This document shows, piece after piece, positions 44,101-59,100 of a DNA stretch of 64,000 nt; the first letter of the stretch is position 1, and the number at the start of each line of letters is the position of its first letter. A model generated the notes under the pieces. The model was not told the origin of the DNA. It ran no database searches and saw only the letters and a list, made by a program, of their open reading frames with translations. This DNA is from Candidatus Omnitrophota bacterium. GTDB taxonomy: Bacteria > Omnitrophota > Gorgyraeia > Zapsychrales > Fredricksoniimonadaceae. The stretch spans positions 46,463 to 110,462 of the forward strand of contig JAGWOI010000002.1 of NCBI GenBank assembly GCA_028870995.1, given 5' to 3'. Made by a program: the position numbers and the translations under genes.

Positions 44101-47100
44101 AATGCGGCTTTCCAGAATATGCATGCAAGCGTTAAAGATATTCAAAATAACTCTGCTTTAGAGACGGTAACCGGCCAGTATAAATTAGGAGTTACACTAA
44201 ACAACAACGGTCAGTTCTTCTTGAATCCGAAGGCGTCGGATGCATCGAAGCTTAACATTACCGACAACGCACATACGTTAAAGGCGGCGTTCGGTCTTGA
44301 TAAGAACGGTGCCTTTTATGTGACGCCGGTGTTTGGCAAGGATGATGTTCTGTATCATTCTTCCGGCCCGGCACAGGCCTTGCTGCCGTCAGGTTTACCC
44401 AGCGATTCATCAGCACCCTCTTCTTCAATAACACCATATCAGGGCATCAAGCTGGGGGATAATTACCAAATTAATTTGGTTAAAGATGAAAATCCATCTG
44501 TTGAAAAGATTTTGTTGGGTGAAGGGACACAGTTGCCGATAGTGTTGATGAAGAATGCCAAAGGAGACATAGAGGCAACCTCCATGCTGGGAGCGCCGGG
44601 CACGACGCTGCAAATGCCGTCGGGAGTGCAGGTCGGAGATTTGGCGATTGCGAATAAGGACCTGACGGTGGCGGTAGGTTTGGACAGCAGGGACATGGTT
44701 ACAAGAACGTATACAGGAGAAGGTTCTAGTGTCGAAAACGCTCAGGGCGGCCAGATTGCATGGACATTGTCTAACGGACATTTTCAAGTAGATTTACTTA
44801 CCCCCGCTTTACAGCAGGCTTTGACGCAGGCCAAGGGTGAAGCAGCCGATGAATTAAAGAAGAATGGCAAAGACCTTACTTGGCTTAACGGCCAAATCGC
44901 CTCTTACGAAGACCAATTAAGCAAGCTTAATCAGGATGTGGCAACACAGATAGGCCGCTCCTGGATTAATCCTAAAGGATGGGTTGATAATTCGAGGAGC
45001 CAAAGAGACGCTCTCGCCCAAGGATTGCAGCGATTGTATATGATGAAATTTGCTTTGACTATGTCCACGTCTGATTTGCTGGATATGCAAAAAGATTTAG
45101 GCGATAAACGGTACTACACGGTCCCGGGTGCCGTTATTGATGACACATTAAAACTCAAAGCGGTCAATGATATTTTGCAAACGGGAACGCCGCAGTCCCA
45201 AGTAATAGCTGCGTATTTAAAAGTACAGCAGAATAACGACCGTACCGTTGGAGAGCTTAGTTATTTTGCAGATTCCCAAAATAAATTGGCTGAATCGGGT
45301 GGCGATCACTTGATACCTCTTGGCGCCAATCAATATGAATATCCCTTGCTGTTTAAAAAGGGTATGGATAACCAAATTAGCGATTTTAAAAACGGCATGG
45401 GCCAGAAGCAAGATGATCTAACGGCACTCGTTAATATTTATAATTCCAACAAATCTTCGCTGACACCGGAAGTGCAGAAGATGGTTGAATCTTTGATAAA
45501 GAATACAGGGAAGCTAATTAGCGATATAAATACAGAAAATACTAAAGGAGGCGAGAATGGCGATGTTAATTTTGCCGCCATTTTGCAGACCAATGGATGG
45601 AGAACCTTTTGGAACAGCCGTAAATTTGATTATAACTATGACCCTAATTATGAACCGCTATCGGGAACAGGGAGATTTATAGGAACGATGTGGAATGGAG
45701 TCAAGGGTGGCGTAAGCTGGGTGGGTACTCAGATAGGAATTACGGGTATTAATGGGACCTGGGACTACCTGGTTAATGGTGAAAATAACTACGGAAATTA
45801 TTGGCACGCCTCGAACGAAACAGCTGCCGGAATTGCCACAGGGGACATACAGACATGGTCTCCTTGGGGAACTATTAAATCAGGCGTGACTTATGTGGCC
45901 GGCGTGCCCACATGGCTTGTTAATAGGCAAACCGGAAAGCAGGTTTTTGAATTAGCTTCACAGATGCCGACCGGAGAATATGATCCCTTTGCCGATGCTT
46001 ATAATAAAGGCGGGGCCTGGAAAATTGACTATTACGCAGGACATGCCAGTGAAGTTGTCTTAGAGACCGTTACCGCCGCCAGAGTCATGAGATTGGGGGC
46101 GCTTGGTTCGCTCACTCCCGCCGGTACACTCGCTGCGCCTACAGGAGCATTCTGGGGAACATTAGGGTTCGCCGAAGCTACCGGGTTAGGGAGAATGGCA
46201 TGGCAAGACCATAAAGGGGAAGGGCCTGTTAGTTCGGAAGAACTAAGCAACAATACTTTAGCTACCGTCATTGCTCCGGTGGTATTAGGTAAATTAACGG
46301 GGGCTATTAATTCGACCTATGGAGCGGCTCTGGCTAACACGGCCACCGGGAGATTTATAAACACGGTTATAAGCCCGCTAACAGAAACAGCCGGCGCCGA
46401 CGGGCAAATCATTCCCATGACCGCAGGTACGGCCTTGAAAAATGTTGCTATCAGCACAGGGACAGTCGTTGGGGGTGGTTTGGTATTGGCCAACGCTGGG
46501 ACAATGATAGGAGGGAACGGGCCGCTTACTTTAAAACAAGACGCTAAACTTGCTGGAGCATTGGCCTTGGTTAATACGGGAAGAATCGGCGCCGGGGCAT
46601 TGGCTAATGGTCTCACAGGAAAACTTGCAGGTCAAGGATTCTTAAAAGGAATAACAGCAGGACTTTCGCAAGAGATAAAGAGCGGTTTGGCAAATGCTGC
46701 GTTCACTAATCGGGCCTTATTTGGAGCGGCAAATTCACTGAATTATGGTGTGCAATTAGGCAGCGCGGCCGCTTCCTGGGGCATGATCAGCAATGAATGG
46801 CAAAATCCGCAGGCAGGATTTGGAGACATGATGTCTGTTGGTTGGAAAGATTTCAAACCGGCCTTTTTAACGGGTACTGCTGTTGGCGCATACTCTTCCC
46901 TTTCTTCTCCAACACTTGGTCTTGGCAATAAATTCTCTTCTCAAGTCGTAAAGTTCTTTTCGCCTTCTTCCAGGTGGAGCTATTTAACGTGGCCGACCCT
47001 GGCTGTAGGGGGCGAAGCATTATTGAATGGAAAAAATGCCACCGCCAAAGATTACATCGATGTGGCTTCTATGGCGCTAGGCGCACGCTATCTGGCAGGA

Positions 47101-50100
47101 GGCTTTGCAGCGGGGACGGCGGCAGGAGGCAGCGAAAAGGTGACAGGGTTTTATAAGTTTGGCGCCTATCTTACTAATCCTGAAATAAAAGGACTTACCT
47201 TGGCCAATGTTGGAAGATATTCCGCCTTAGCCGCTACGGGCGCAGTGGCCAATATTGCCAAGGATGCATTGGTTGGAGAATTTGAGCATGCAACAAACAT
47301 TTCGTTGGGCAATAACCTGGATATGTATGTAAAAAGAAACAACGAGGGCAGGATCGTGGCCCGCAGTGCCGTCGCAGCTCCGGGATATAATTTCGAATCC
47401 GACAGTGGTATCGGTGGTGAGCATTGGGACCGGCAGCTGGAAGCTTCTGCTTTTCGCGGCGCTTTTTGGGCGACAATGGCCGGATTGGCAGTTAAAGATG
47501 CAGGTAATATAGCAGGGAATTTCGAAAACAAGTTTGGTCTTGGGAAGATGGAAATGGCAGATTCTTCAGCCCAGCCTGCATCAACTATGGAAGGGCTGTT
47601 TGACAAAATTGCGATTAACCCGGCGGAACGGTTTGGTGCCCATGGCGCTTGGGGAGGTTTAAAATGGATACCCATAGGAGTTCAGTTCCCTGTTTACACC
47701 GGTGTTTATAAATCCGTGATTTTCGGTATAGAAAATAGATATTTGCCCAACGGCACTTTGCTCAACTTAGAAGACAAATCGGTTTCTCCGGATGAAGTTC
47801 AAACAAACTCTGGCGAGACGGCAACAGGTTTGGTCAGGATGTTTGACAGGGGAAGCTGGAGCCTTACCGACAAAGCAAAGGCAAGTCTATGGAACGCCTT
47901 TGTAACCGCCCCTGAAAGCGGGGTGACTTTGAATCCCATGATTGCGGCAACAACCTTGGCTAGAGAACCCGGTGGTCCTGCAAGTGAATGGAGAATCGGA
48001 TTACGGGACACACTGCAAAATAGCGGCTTGAGCGAACCATTGGGATTGGCTAAGGTGGCCGCGGTGGTAACAGGAATAGATGCCGCCATGGACATGACAT
48101 CTACAAGGCATTGGGTTGTCGCCAATCCGAAGTATCCCAACGAAGTTTATACGGTTAATGAGAACATTTCCACCGGGTTTGGCCCGGATACAGGTAATCC
48201 TTTCAGCGAAAGAAGCATCGGCAGTTGGGCTGGGCTGATCTTGGCCATGAAGCCATCGGCGGTATTAAGTAAATCCGAATATGCCATGGACCTTGCCGTC
48301 AAGCAAGCAAACGGCGGAGAACACGGCAGGGCGATAGAAACCCTTGATAATGCCATGGAAAGTCTTCCGCTGGAAAAACAGGCCCCGTTACAAAATTTAA
48401 GATATAACATCGCCCGCAACCAGGACGAACAGGTCTTTCAGGCCGGCAAAGGCAGGACAGCCGGTGTCAATGAAGCCGAATTAGTAAAGCCTTTGGAGCA
48501 AAATGCTGCCGAAAAGCAGTTAAACAACTATATCACCCAATTAAGAGCTTCCGGCAATAACGATTTAGCCGACCAGATGGAGGCAACGAAACAAAACGCG
48601 AACAGCCAAACATATTACAACCGGGCCATAAGCCTTGCCCAACAGGGCTATTTTAAAGCGGCCGATGATTATTTCAATCTTGCCGACGAGTCTTTGACAA
48701 AAGCCAGAACAGTCGATTCCCAAAATGGCAGCAAGTATTACCTGCCGCAAATGCAGATCATGCAGGGAAGATTGGAAAGCTTGAGGGTCCAGCAGCAAGG
48801 ATTGGAAAAGCCTTCCGTTGAATTAGCCGGCAGGATCGGCAAGGCGGCGGATGCCATCGACCAGTTTGTCAAGCAAGGCCTGGCATCCCAGGATGCCGCA
48901 ACCAGAAAAGTTTTCCAGAACATAAGCAGCAGTATAGAAGCAGGCCGGATTGCGGACAGGGCGGACATGATGATTAGATCCGGCTCGACAATAGACGCTG
49001 CCGGTTTATATGAAAAAGCCAGGGCGCTCGATCCGGACAATGCCCGGTATTATTTCTTGCGCGAATCGCAGGTCCGGGAGAAGCAGGGCGGGAAAGAAAA
49101 CCAGGCAAAAGCCATTGATTTGCTCAACAAAGCCGCTGATTTAACTGAAAGCGGCCAATGGTTGAAATCCAATGTCCGTTCTTATGAAACTTTCCGTGCG
49201 GCACAAAAAGAGATGGAATTGAATCCTAATGATTTGCAGGCGGCCGGCCGGCTTGACCAGGCACGCGATAAACTTGTCAGCGAGTTGACCAAGAAAGTCA
49301 ATGCAGCCCCCGAGGGAATACGCAACGGCATGGATAGATTTTTAGTGTCGGTTCTTCGCGAAAAGGCAGAGGCGCATTTGCAAAGAGGAGAATTTAATAA
49401 ATATTTCGATACTAGGCTTGAAATTTTTAACCGTGAGAATGAGGTTGGAAATGCCAGCGCCGCCGCTGATTTTGCCAGGTCGGCAGCCATCAAAGACACC
49501 GTAGACCGTTTATTAAGCAAGTATCTCAAGTCCGCCGTAGAAACGCCCGTGCAAGCCATAGAAACCCCGCAAGCAGCCGAGACGGCCAAGACATTAAGAG
49601 AAACAATCAGCACAGTGAAAGATAAAAAAGATATTTCCAGCGCCAGGTCATTGATTAAGGCGCTGGATGATTATTTGGGACAAAACGAAAGCCAATTGAA
49701 AACAACGGCGGGCCGTGAACTCATCAATCGAGCTACGGACATATTGACGAATATGAGCCAAGCCATGGCAGACAGTTCAGGAGTTAAGATGGAAGAGGCC
49801 ATGAATAAGGCCCCGGAAAATTCTATCGACAAGGCCAGGGCCGCGGAATCGTTGGCTAGAATTGCCATTTGGCAGGAAGCCATAAAAACACCGACAGCGA
49901 GCGGTTTAAAAGCAGGTAAAAGCAGGGTTACCGGATTGATCGATCAGGCCAAGAGAATGTATGAGGCAGCAAAAGATACAAACGGTATTAAGAGAATACA
50001 AGCACTAAGGGGTATGGCCGATGAAGGGTTTAATAATGCCGACCAGAGGCTAAAGACCGGATTGACAGGTCTTAGGAATGAAGTTCGGGTCATTATGGAA

Positions 50101-53100
50101 AGATTGGCCCAGCAGAATGCCGGCCGGGGCGGCTATCTTACTGTTGCCGATATAGACCCTGTTTTAGCCAAGTTGAATAAAGCAGAAGATCAGGGCATGA
50201 CTCCTGCCGAAATCGCCTTTTCCAAGGTGGCTTTATATGCCGAACGGGCAAGGTTGGGGGATGTAACCCAAAAAGCCACAGATCTGCAAGAAGCAGGGAA
50301 TGAACTGGCTAAGCTCAAGACTGCCAATTCTTCTGATGAATTCAAGGCACAAAATGCCGAACATTTTGATCAGGATGTCAAGGGGTTGGAATCGCTTTTG
50401 GAGCAGGTTCGTCAGGAACCTGTACAGGTGAAGACTTTTTCGGCGAACGATTCGGTTGTTACAAGGGATGCCATTATGAAGGAAAGGAACAAAGCTGAAG
50501 ACGGGACGGCCGAAAGCGCCCCTATGCCCTACGGTGAAAATGGCCGCGGCAGCAAGGTTGAATATAGGGATGCCGATGGAAAACTGGTAGGCACAAGGAT
50601 TGAATCAGGCAATGTCATTAGAGAAGAGTGGACCGTTCCCGGCTTGGAGCTGGGCGGCGGAGGAGCAGGGTTTATCGGAAGAGCACCGGATGGAAAATTG
50701 TTGGTGACCATCATTCATAACGGTGAAGACGCTATACGTACCCATGAAATGAAAGAAGCCATGGCATTAAAGTTACAGGAAGCCGCCTCCAACGGCAGAA
50801 TCAATCCCGAGGCTGCGGGGGCTGAAAAATTATGGAAGCAGTTGACGGTAGAGAGGTCTCCAGGCGTGCGTGTATTCAGATCTTCACACGAGTACGCCGA
50901 ACAATATTTGGCTGCGCCAAGCCCGGTTGAAAGAGCAGGCAAAACACAAGGCGAATTGGAAACTCCTGAATCCCAAGGACCTCCTGCGGTCGATTTAAGA
51001 TCCCCTGGAGTTTTTGCCGCCAATGATAAAGTCCTCGAACCATTACCCGTCAATCAACCGTCCACTCCTTCTTTTGAAAGAAAAGAAGCTCCCGAATCAT
51101 TTGCCCGTCTTTATGAAAATGTTTATGGCCCGCTGACCCCTGAAGCCCGAAGAGAAGCCATGGTGCGCCATAACATTGAACGGCTGATCTCACCTGAACC
51201 GTTGAGTGAAAAAGAAATAACTGAACGCACTAAGCGCGATTTGGTAGAGAAATATTTCCCTGCAACAGAGGAAGGAAAACCATTTTCAGGAGAAGAAGCG
51301 TTCTTTAATGAATCCATGAAGTCACCTGCGGCCTCTTTGACAAAGGAAGATTTAGAAAAACTGCCGTTACAAGAAAAGGTTGATGAGTTGACTAAGATGG
51401 CTTTAAGGCGGATGAGGGACAACTTCGTTGCGCAAAATCCCTCTGAAAATACACCCGGAATGTTTAAATACCGGGAGGGGCAGACAGCACTGACGCGCGC
51501 GGCGATTGAGTATATCGAAAGTTATGATCCAGATAAAAAAGGCCCGTTTGATTTAGTGACGATGTCGATGAACATGGGCGCGGGTAAATCGGCGTTGGCC
51601 GAGGCGTTGCCGGTGGTGGAGGAGATGACTGGTAAAAAACTGGCCTATGTGGTGGAAGATGCAGGTTTAAAGAAATTTATTGAAAATGGCGGGATCGAAG
51701 GATTTTATCGGCCAAAGAGCATTGATAACGGCATACTTGATCTAAGCCCGAAAGAAGGACAAAAAGGAGTTTTAGTTTTGAGCCAGGGAGAGCTTAAAAC
51801 CATTGATTTGAATCTTAAGAGCGGAAAATATACTGAGATTAAGACCCCGAGGGTCTTGTCAGACCATGTCGTTATTGTCGATGAAATCCAGAAAATGGTG
51901 ACCGACGCAGCGTTGGTGTTCGGCAAGAGTGATTCTTTCGGGAAGGAATGGATCGCCGAGAACGAACGCAAAAACAACGGCGCCTACCAACATTTGAAGA
52001 TAAGTAAGGAATTCGGCAAGGCCTTCATTAATATCTTGGAAAATACCATAAGCGAGAGAGCCGTAAGCGCCGGATCGGATAGGGCAGCCATTAACGAGAT
52101 GGTGACTTTAAGAACAGGCGAGAATGGGCAACAGATAGTTAATGCAACAAAGTTTAAAGATGACGTCAGGACAACCCTTTCCAAGAAACTCGAAGATTTG
52201 ATCAACAGCAATCCGGATTATGGCAAGCTCAACCTTGACATCAATAAACTATTGGATGCCGGGGCTGTATGGTATGAGGGTTTATTGCATGGCAGGATCA
52301 ACATCACCAGGGCCATTGACAGGCAAGGCTTTGCTGATGCCGGGCTCAACGGGAAGGAAGTTTTTAGAAACCTGGTTGACAATAACCTGCTGGAAGAAGT
52401 CTCCGAGGGTTCCGGGACGGGTATTCTTAAAGAGGGCATCAATAGAAAGACATTTGAAGATAGATTGCGGGAATTAAAGAACGAAGATGGTTCCCCGGTG
52501 TACAACAATGATCAGATCGAGACGATTTTAAGGGCGGTGGACAAAGGCCTAAAAGATGGAAAGATCGTTATCTCTCCCCGCCAGTTTGAGAATTTAGGTG
52601 AATTGTTACATAACCGTATCTTTTCAGACCAAAGCGGATTTAATGCCTTTTCGCGCGTCATGATGGCTTATTTGGAAGTCAAGGGCATTCCCGTCCCTGG
52701 CAAAGATAGAAATGACAGCGTTCCCGTGAACATGGATGATCTTGCTATCTATGCCCAGCATGTTTTACCGCATGAAACTCAACGTTCCACAGGGGCCGAT
52801 GCTTTGCATTTGGCTGGCCGTGTGCTTGGCTTGAGCGCCACCTTGGGTGATTCTCAAGCCCTGCTGCAGTCCATAGGATCAAGGTTTTGGCAAATACATC
52901 CCGAAGCGAAGCTGGAAGACATGAACTGGAGATTCCAGATCGAATCCCAATTGACCACCCGCCAGAGCATGGTCCGGGAGGCCGTCGGGCATGATTTCGA
53001 CAATCAAAAATTGTTAATACTTAACTCAGTTTTGGTACCCAAAATGATTGCTGAAACAGGAGAAGGGACAACAGGATTTATTAACTCCATTAAGAATCAA

Positions 53101-56100
53101 ATCAAGGAACAAATCAGAACCAAACTAAAAGCCCAGGGGTTGACCGATGATCAGGCCAATAAGCAAGCTGATCAATGGGTGAAAGACCATGATATCAAGG
53201 TGATCCCCGAATCAAATCTTAAGAATGGATTTAAGGATCTGGCCGAAGAGGGCATCAAGAAGCCGACCATTGTTTTTACTTCCATGCGTGAAGGTGTTTC
53301 CGTTGAAGTCAAAGACGTGCAAGCCATGCATGTGGATTTCAGCGTTCGTTCATTGGCAGAGCAATTACAGTCCATGGGCCGCTTGAATGTTTACAAGGAT
53401 AATAGACCAAGTTCCCGTACTAGGGGCGAATATAAATTAGTCATTAACACAGCCGACGATCCAAATTTAACATCCGACCAGAAAGCTCAGTTTAACAAAC
53501 TTGCCGAACTGCTCAAATCTGGCAATCAAAGAACAAAGTCCAGAGTGTATAGGGCAGCTGAGGATTATTTGGTCAATGCGGTGATGCGGGATTTCTCGAG
53601 GAATAAGTCTACCAGCAGCATTGTTCAAACCTTGCAAGACAATGGGATAAGCGGTGAGAAGATTTCGGAAGTGGTCAGCCAGGCCCGCAAAGGCCTGATG
53701 CTTCCGCTGATTGAGGGAAGGGTAAATGCCGGGAAGATATCAGGTGATAATACGGTTTTTGTGCCTCTCTCGAATGGGGCAAGAATGGAAGTCCAGTTGA
53801 ATGAGAACCGCAACTTTAATGCCTATAGGGAAGTTGCCATCCATGCCGCCAATAATCAACCCGAGACAAGCATTTCGGAATATGCAAAAATTCAACAGGG
53901 TCAGGTTTATGACAAGATCACCAATAGCGTGTGGACCAATGCCCAATGGAATTTGAAGCCGGAAATGAGGGGAACGCCGGTGGCGGCTGTCAAGGAATTG
54001 GACGTCCCAATTCCTGAAAGTGAGATGGAAGATTTTTCGCCCGACGCTCCTAAAACAGAGCCCCGGATGGTCCTTATGGGCGCACCTCAGCATGTGGTTG
54101 AGGGAAATTATGATGTGGTCAAATACGATATGCCGCTCCTCTCCAATGGAGAAATCATCCATGTACCCGTGACGTTTAAGCACAATCCTGTCTCCGGTCA
54201 ATGGGAACTCGACAAGGAACTGGAGCAAAACAAACATATTGTTGTTCCCAGCCTGGGGAAGGCCAGAGTTGAAGAAGCTACCAACTTACTGGGCCAGCAT
54301 TATTTTCGTTTCTTTAAGCCGTCTTCTAACGGCTCAGAGGAATTGATTGCCCTTGGCGTAGAAGGGCATTTGTTGAAACTTTCTCAAGAAGCGGCCAAGA
54401 AAGAAAAGCAGGTTTTTGAAATAGCCACGAAGAAGCAGGTCTTCTTCGGGCCTAAACGCGGTTATGAATATGTGCGCGGTAAGAATTTGTATAGGGTTGA
54501 TTTTAAAATGGGTGACCGGCAGGGAATGTTAATCAAGGAAGGAATGCTTGTTACTAACAGGGAACCCATTCATTTTGACGGGATCACCATCCAAGCCGGG
54601 GACCAGTTATTCCAGAGCAGGAATAATAATGGCGACAATGTTTGGGAGGTCAGGAATTCCAGTGGTACGCCGAAGGCATTGATTGTTAACGATACGGCCG
54701 CGCCGCTTGTTAACGGCCGCAGGGCCGTCATGGCGCGTGATTCTTTGCGGTTGGTCATGGAAGAGAACCCTGTTGACGGAAAGCCCTTGACCGTTGAAGT
54801 GCCGACAATCCATGAGTATGTCCGTGTAATGAACCCCCAGACTAAGCAGGAAACCTGGGAGCCGGCAGCCATGGTGGTGGACACTGATAAGCTGAAGGAA
54901 TCGCTAGGCATCCTTAAAGGAGACCGTATTGACCCCAATAGCGGGGTGGTCACCCATGGCAACGGCAAGATCAGGGGAATTTATTACAAAACCTTTTTCT
55001 ATAAGCCCGTAGTTAAAGAGGGTAAGGAGATCTTTGAGGTGTCCGTAGGCGGCGACAGTGCTCTTAATAAATATCGTCGCAATGACATGGTAGGTTTAGG
55101 CCTTATCAATGAAAATTATGCCGGGAGTACGGTGGATGTCAAACCTAAGGACTTTATCGATGCTGTCGCCTCCGTCAACCGAAGCTTGCAGAGAATAAAC
55201 GCATTGGGTGAATTGAACAGACAGGTTGGGGAAGAGGACCGCAGCGTTGTCATCAAGGAATTGACGGATGAAATGGAGGCTATGTTGGAACGCCAGCCAG
55301 GCGTCATCGTAGAGCGAATTACAGAAGGAACAGGAAAAGATGAAAGAACATATTTGCGTATCAAGGCCACCAATGAAGAAGGCAGCCGGTTCTTCGACAT
55401 GATGAGTTTCTTTAAAGGGAAGATCACGCAACTGGCCAATGAACAGATTGAAAAACATATAGCGCCTCAATTGCAAGAGAAAGCCATGGACAGGATTGAA
55501 GAATCTTTGAAAGAGCATCCCATGGAGATGGTTTTCGATCCTTATATGGAGCGTAAAGGTACGGCCGGACTGGCGGATAACAAACGCCTTTCCCTGGGCA
55601 CCAACGCTATGCTTGACATTCTACAGTTGAGTCCGGATGCCATGGAGGCCGGCGTACCGGAACATGAAGTTTCTCACATTGTCGAACGATTGTTGGCCAC
55701 AAACGGTATTCCTACTGTCGGCGGCGCTTCCCGTATCACCAACCTGCTTGACATCGCCAAACGTACAGATCGGGGTATTTATGTGGGCGATTATTCCTTG
55801 GGTGAGGTTTATACCCATTGGATCGAAGCTGCAGGGAAATTAGCCAACGCCCAGCGTGCCCTGGCCTTAGGAGACAAGAAAACATTCACGGCATTCGTCA
55901 ATGAGGCGGTGAAAGTCCTGGAACGCGGCCGTAATATTTCCTTGTCGGTCTTAGACACTTATGAAAGGGCATTAAAGGTGGTCGATAAAGCTATCGCCAC
56001 TGAGAAAGTCTTAAGGGAGACCGACAAAAATGCGGAACTTAAGCATATACCAGGGATATTGCAGATACAACCCAACAAAGAATCGCTTTTAAAGGGAGAG

Positions 56101-59100
56101 AAACCCGAACAAGCATTGATCATTGTCCAGGACGAGAAGACCGGCAGGGCCCTTGCCAGGGTGACGCAGCAATTACCTCTGAAAGAGTATCTTTCTAAGG
56201 AGGATCAGGGTTTGACCCCGCTGGAGGTAACACGCAAACTGATAGAGGACAACATCAATTATATGAAATTCCGCGCGGCTTTGACAGATGTTAAAGCACA
56301 GATAGTGGCGCATTTTGTTCAAGACAATACGGCCATGAATGCTCTTAAGCGTATCGAACAGTTAAGACCAGACACCGAGAATATGCAAGAAATGATGAGC
56401 AAATTGAAAGAGGCGGCCGAAAGCGGGAATGAAACTGTCAGAAGCGCGTATGCCCTGATTGCGGATAATTCTTCTGAGACTGCGTTACGGGTATTAGCAG
56501 AAATTTTCTCGACGCAGACGAAGGCGATTCCTGACGGACAAGATATTAAGTTCATGAACCCTAAGACCGGCAGAGGCGCTGTTTTCACCAAGGAGGGGAC
56601 CTTGGTCAGGTTCGTGGCCCAAGAAAATTTTAAGCCAAGCGAAGATCGACAGATTCAAGATATGCGTTCCCAATTTGATGAGACGATCAACTCTTCTCTT
56701 AGAGAACTTTCCGAAGCCCATACCAAGGCCGAAACGACCTTTGATCCGATGCTTCAGAAGATATCCCAGGCCGGTGAGAAAAAGGACACAGCTGATATTC
56801 AAATGTCTTTGGCAGATTTAAGCGATGCACGTCAAGCGGCAGGCAAATTACTGGAAATCGCAAAGAATCAAGGAGGCAATGCCTTTGTCAGGCTGGGAAG
56901 TTCAGACCGCTTTGCGGGAATAGTCGCAGACCCATTGTTGCTTGCACAGATGGGTGTTTCGACAATGGTTAATTATGAGGGATCTAACAGCCGTGAAATG
57001 ACAGTGAAAGCGGGGACGGTATTGCCGGAAAAAGCCTCCGAGGCCATTTCAGCCAGCTTTAGGGGGGTGAACATCACAGTTTCTAAATTGGTTTCAGCGA
57101 AAAATAACGCCATTGAACAAAGGGTGGAATTGCCCCAGGGAGATGAAACCTTATTCAATTTCTTTCGCAACATGAAATATATAAAGAAGGTGGGGGTAAA
57201 GTATGAAATGGTGCGTCAGGCTGCCATTCAAATTCAACTTCAGCCTCAACCCGGCCACGAAAGAGAATTTGCCAACACCTTCTTCCATGAAGATATTCAC
57301 GGCCTTATTGAAACGGATCCCGAAGTTAGGAAGCAGGCTGATGAATATTTGGATTCGAAGAGTATGGAGTATGGGAAAAATAATACAGAAGCCTTTAATG
57401 CGTTAAAGGTGTTCAATGCGGCCTACAGGGCTTTGGGGTATGAAGCAAGTAAGAATGAAGTAGTCGAAAAAGAAGAATTTATTCCTTGGGTGGCGGACTT
57501 AAATACGCTTATAGGTTCGTTCGGCAGCTTAGATAAAATGAGTGCAGGGGAGATTCAAAGGCTTCCTTTACCGCAAGATAAGATTGCCGATTTATTATTA
57601 GTGAAGCAAGGGCTTTTAAATCCTGAATATAGAGAGTATTGGAATTCAGTTTCCGACAATATCAACAGGCTGGTTTCAAAATCGTTTGCCGGACATATGC
57701 AGGGTGGAGTAACTACCGGATTTGAAGCTGAGCAAAACTTCAAAGAGTTAGCCCGACAAGCCAAGGAAAATCAATCCAACCAGGCCATGGCCTCGCCGCG
57801 CAGCGCCAATGAGGTCATGAGCTTATTGGGGACGCCGGAAGGTTTGAGTAAACAATTAGCCGAATCCAAGAAGTTCTGGCGCACGGCCGCAGGCAAGGCT
57901 GCGGTTGATGCGGCCATCAGACTCGCCAAGAGCTACGGGGTCAAGGCCAATTATGACCCCTCGTCGGGTGCCCTGGTATTGACGCTGCCGGCCAACCGCC
58001 AGCGGCCGATGGAAATTTCTGCCGTCGTATTCCCCGTCAAAAAATTGGACAGGGCCGGCTATTATGAAGCCGCAGCCTTGGGCCAGCGGGACGTTATCCT
58101 GGTCGACTCCAGCGTTCCCGATATGCTCACCGCCTTCAAGGAAGAAATCCAGCATTTCCGCGATTCTTTCACGGACAAGGATGAGATTTTAAGCGAGATG
58201 AAGGTCAAAGCCCGCCTGAACGAAGAGCCCTATGCCGGTGCCATGCAGGCCATTCAGACGGTGGAAAGGCAATTCAAGACCGGGGCCATCAGGCCGCAAG
58301 AGGCGGATGGCAGGATCAAAGAAATCCTCAAGCCCGTTGAAGTGGCTTTGAGCCGCGAAGGGTATACCTCGGTTTCTTCAAAATCTTACGATACCCGCAA
58401 AGGCCTGATCGAAAGATGGCAGGAAGAAAAGAACCAGGCCATGACCAGCGATGCAGCCGAGCAGTTCCAACCCATTTGGAACATCCTTAAAAGTGTTCCG
58501 GACTTGCAACATAAAACGATCCTGGCTTTAGGAGAGACGGAAGGCTCCATCCCTTCAACCGTCGGCTTCCTGCAGTCGGCCGGGGCTGATCATGTGACGA
58601 CAGTGAATAGACTTGATTATCTCAAAGAACAACCGCAGGGTTCCGTGGATGTGGCTTTTGCCCGTTTTGCCTTTTATCCTCATGAACAGTTCAGCGCGAC
58701 TCCCGATGCCCAAGGGCTGCGCCCGGCCCTTATCAAGAGGTATGAACCGCTGGTCAAGGCGCTCAAGACCGGTGGCATGTTCATCAATGTTTATGAACGG
58801 CAGTACGAGCCCTATATCCTCAATCCCGCCGAACTGCAAGCCCTGCATTTACAGGCCGCCCAGAAGCTTATTGAGACAACCCTAAAGGTCGGCGATAAAG
58901 AATACCGGGTGCCGGCGGTCATGGTTGTTTACATGAAGGAACCCGCAAACCCGGCCCAGATGAGCATGCCGCAGCAGAATAATTGGGATGCCCTGCGCAG
59001 TGCCCTGGCCAATATCGGCATCCATATCGGCGCGCCTAAAGCCCTCAGCATGACTCCGGCCTTAAATAGGCCTGACTGGGCCATGATGAAACAGGAGCAG

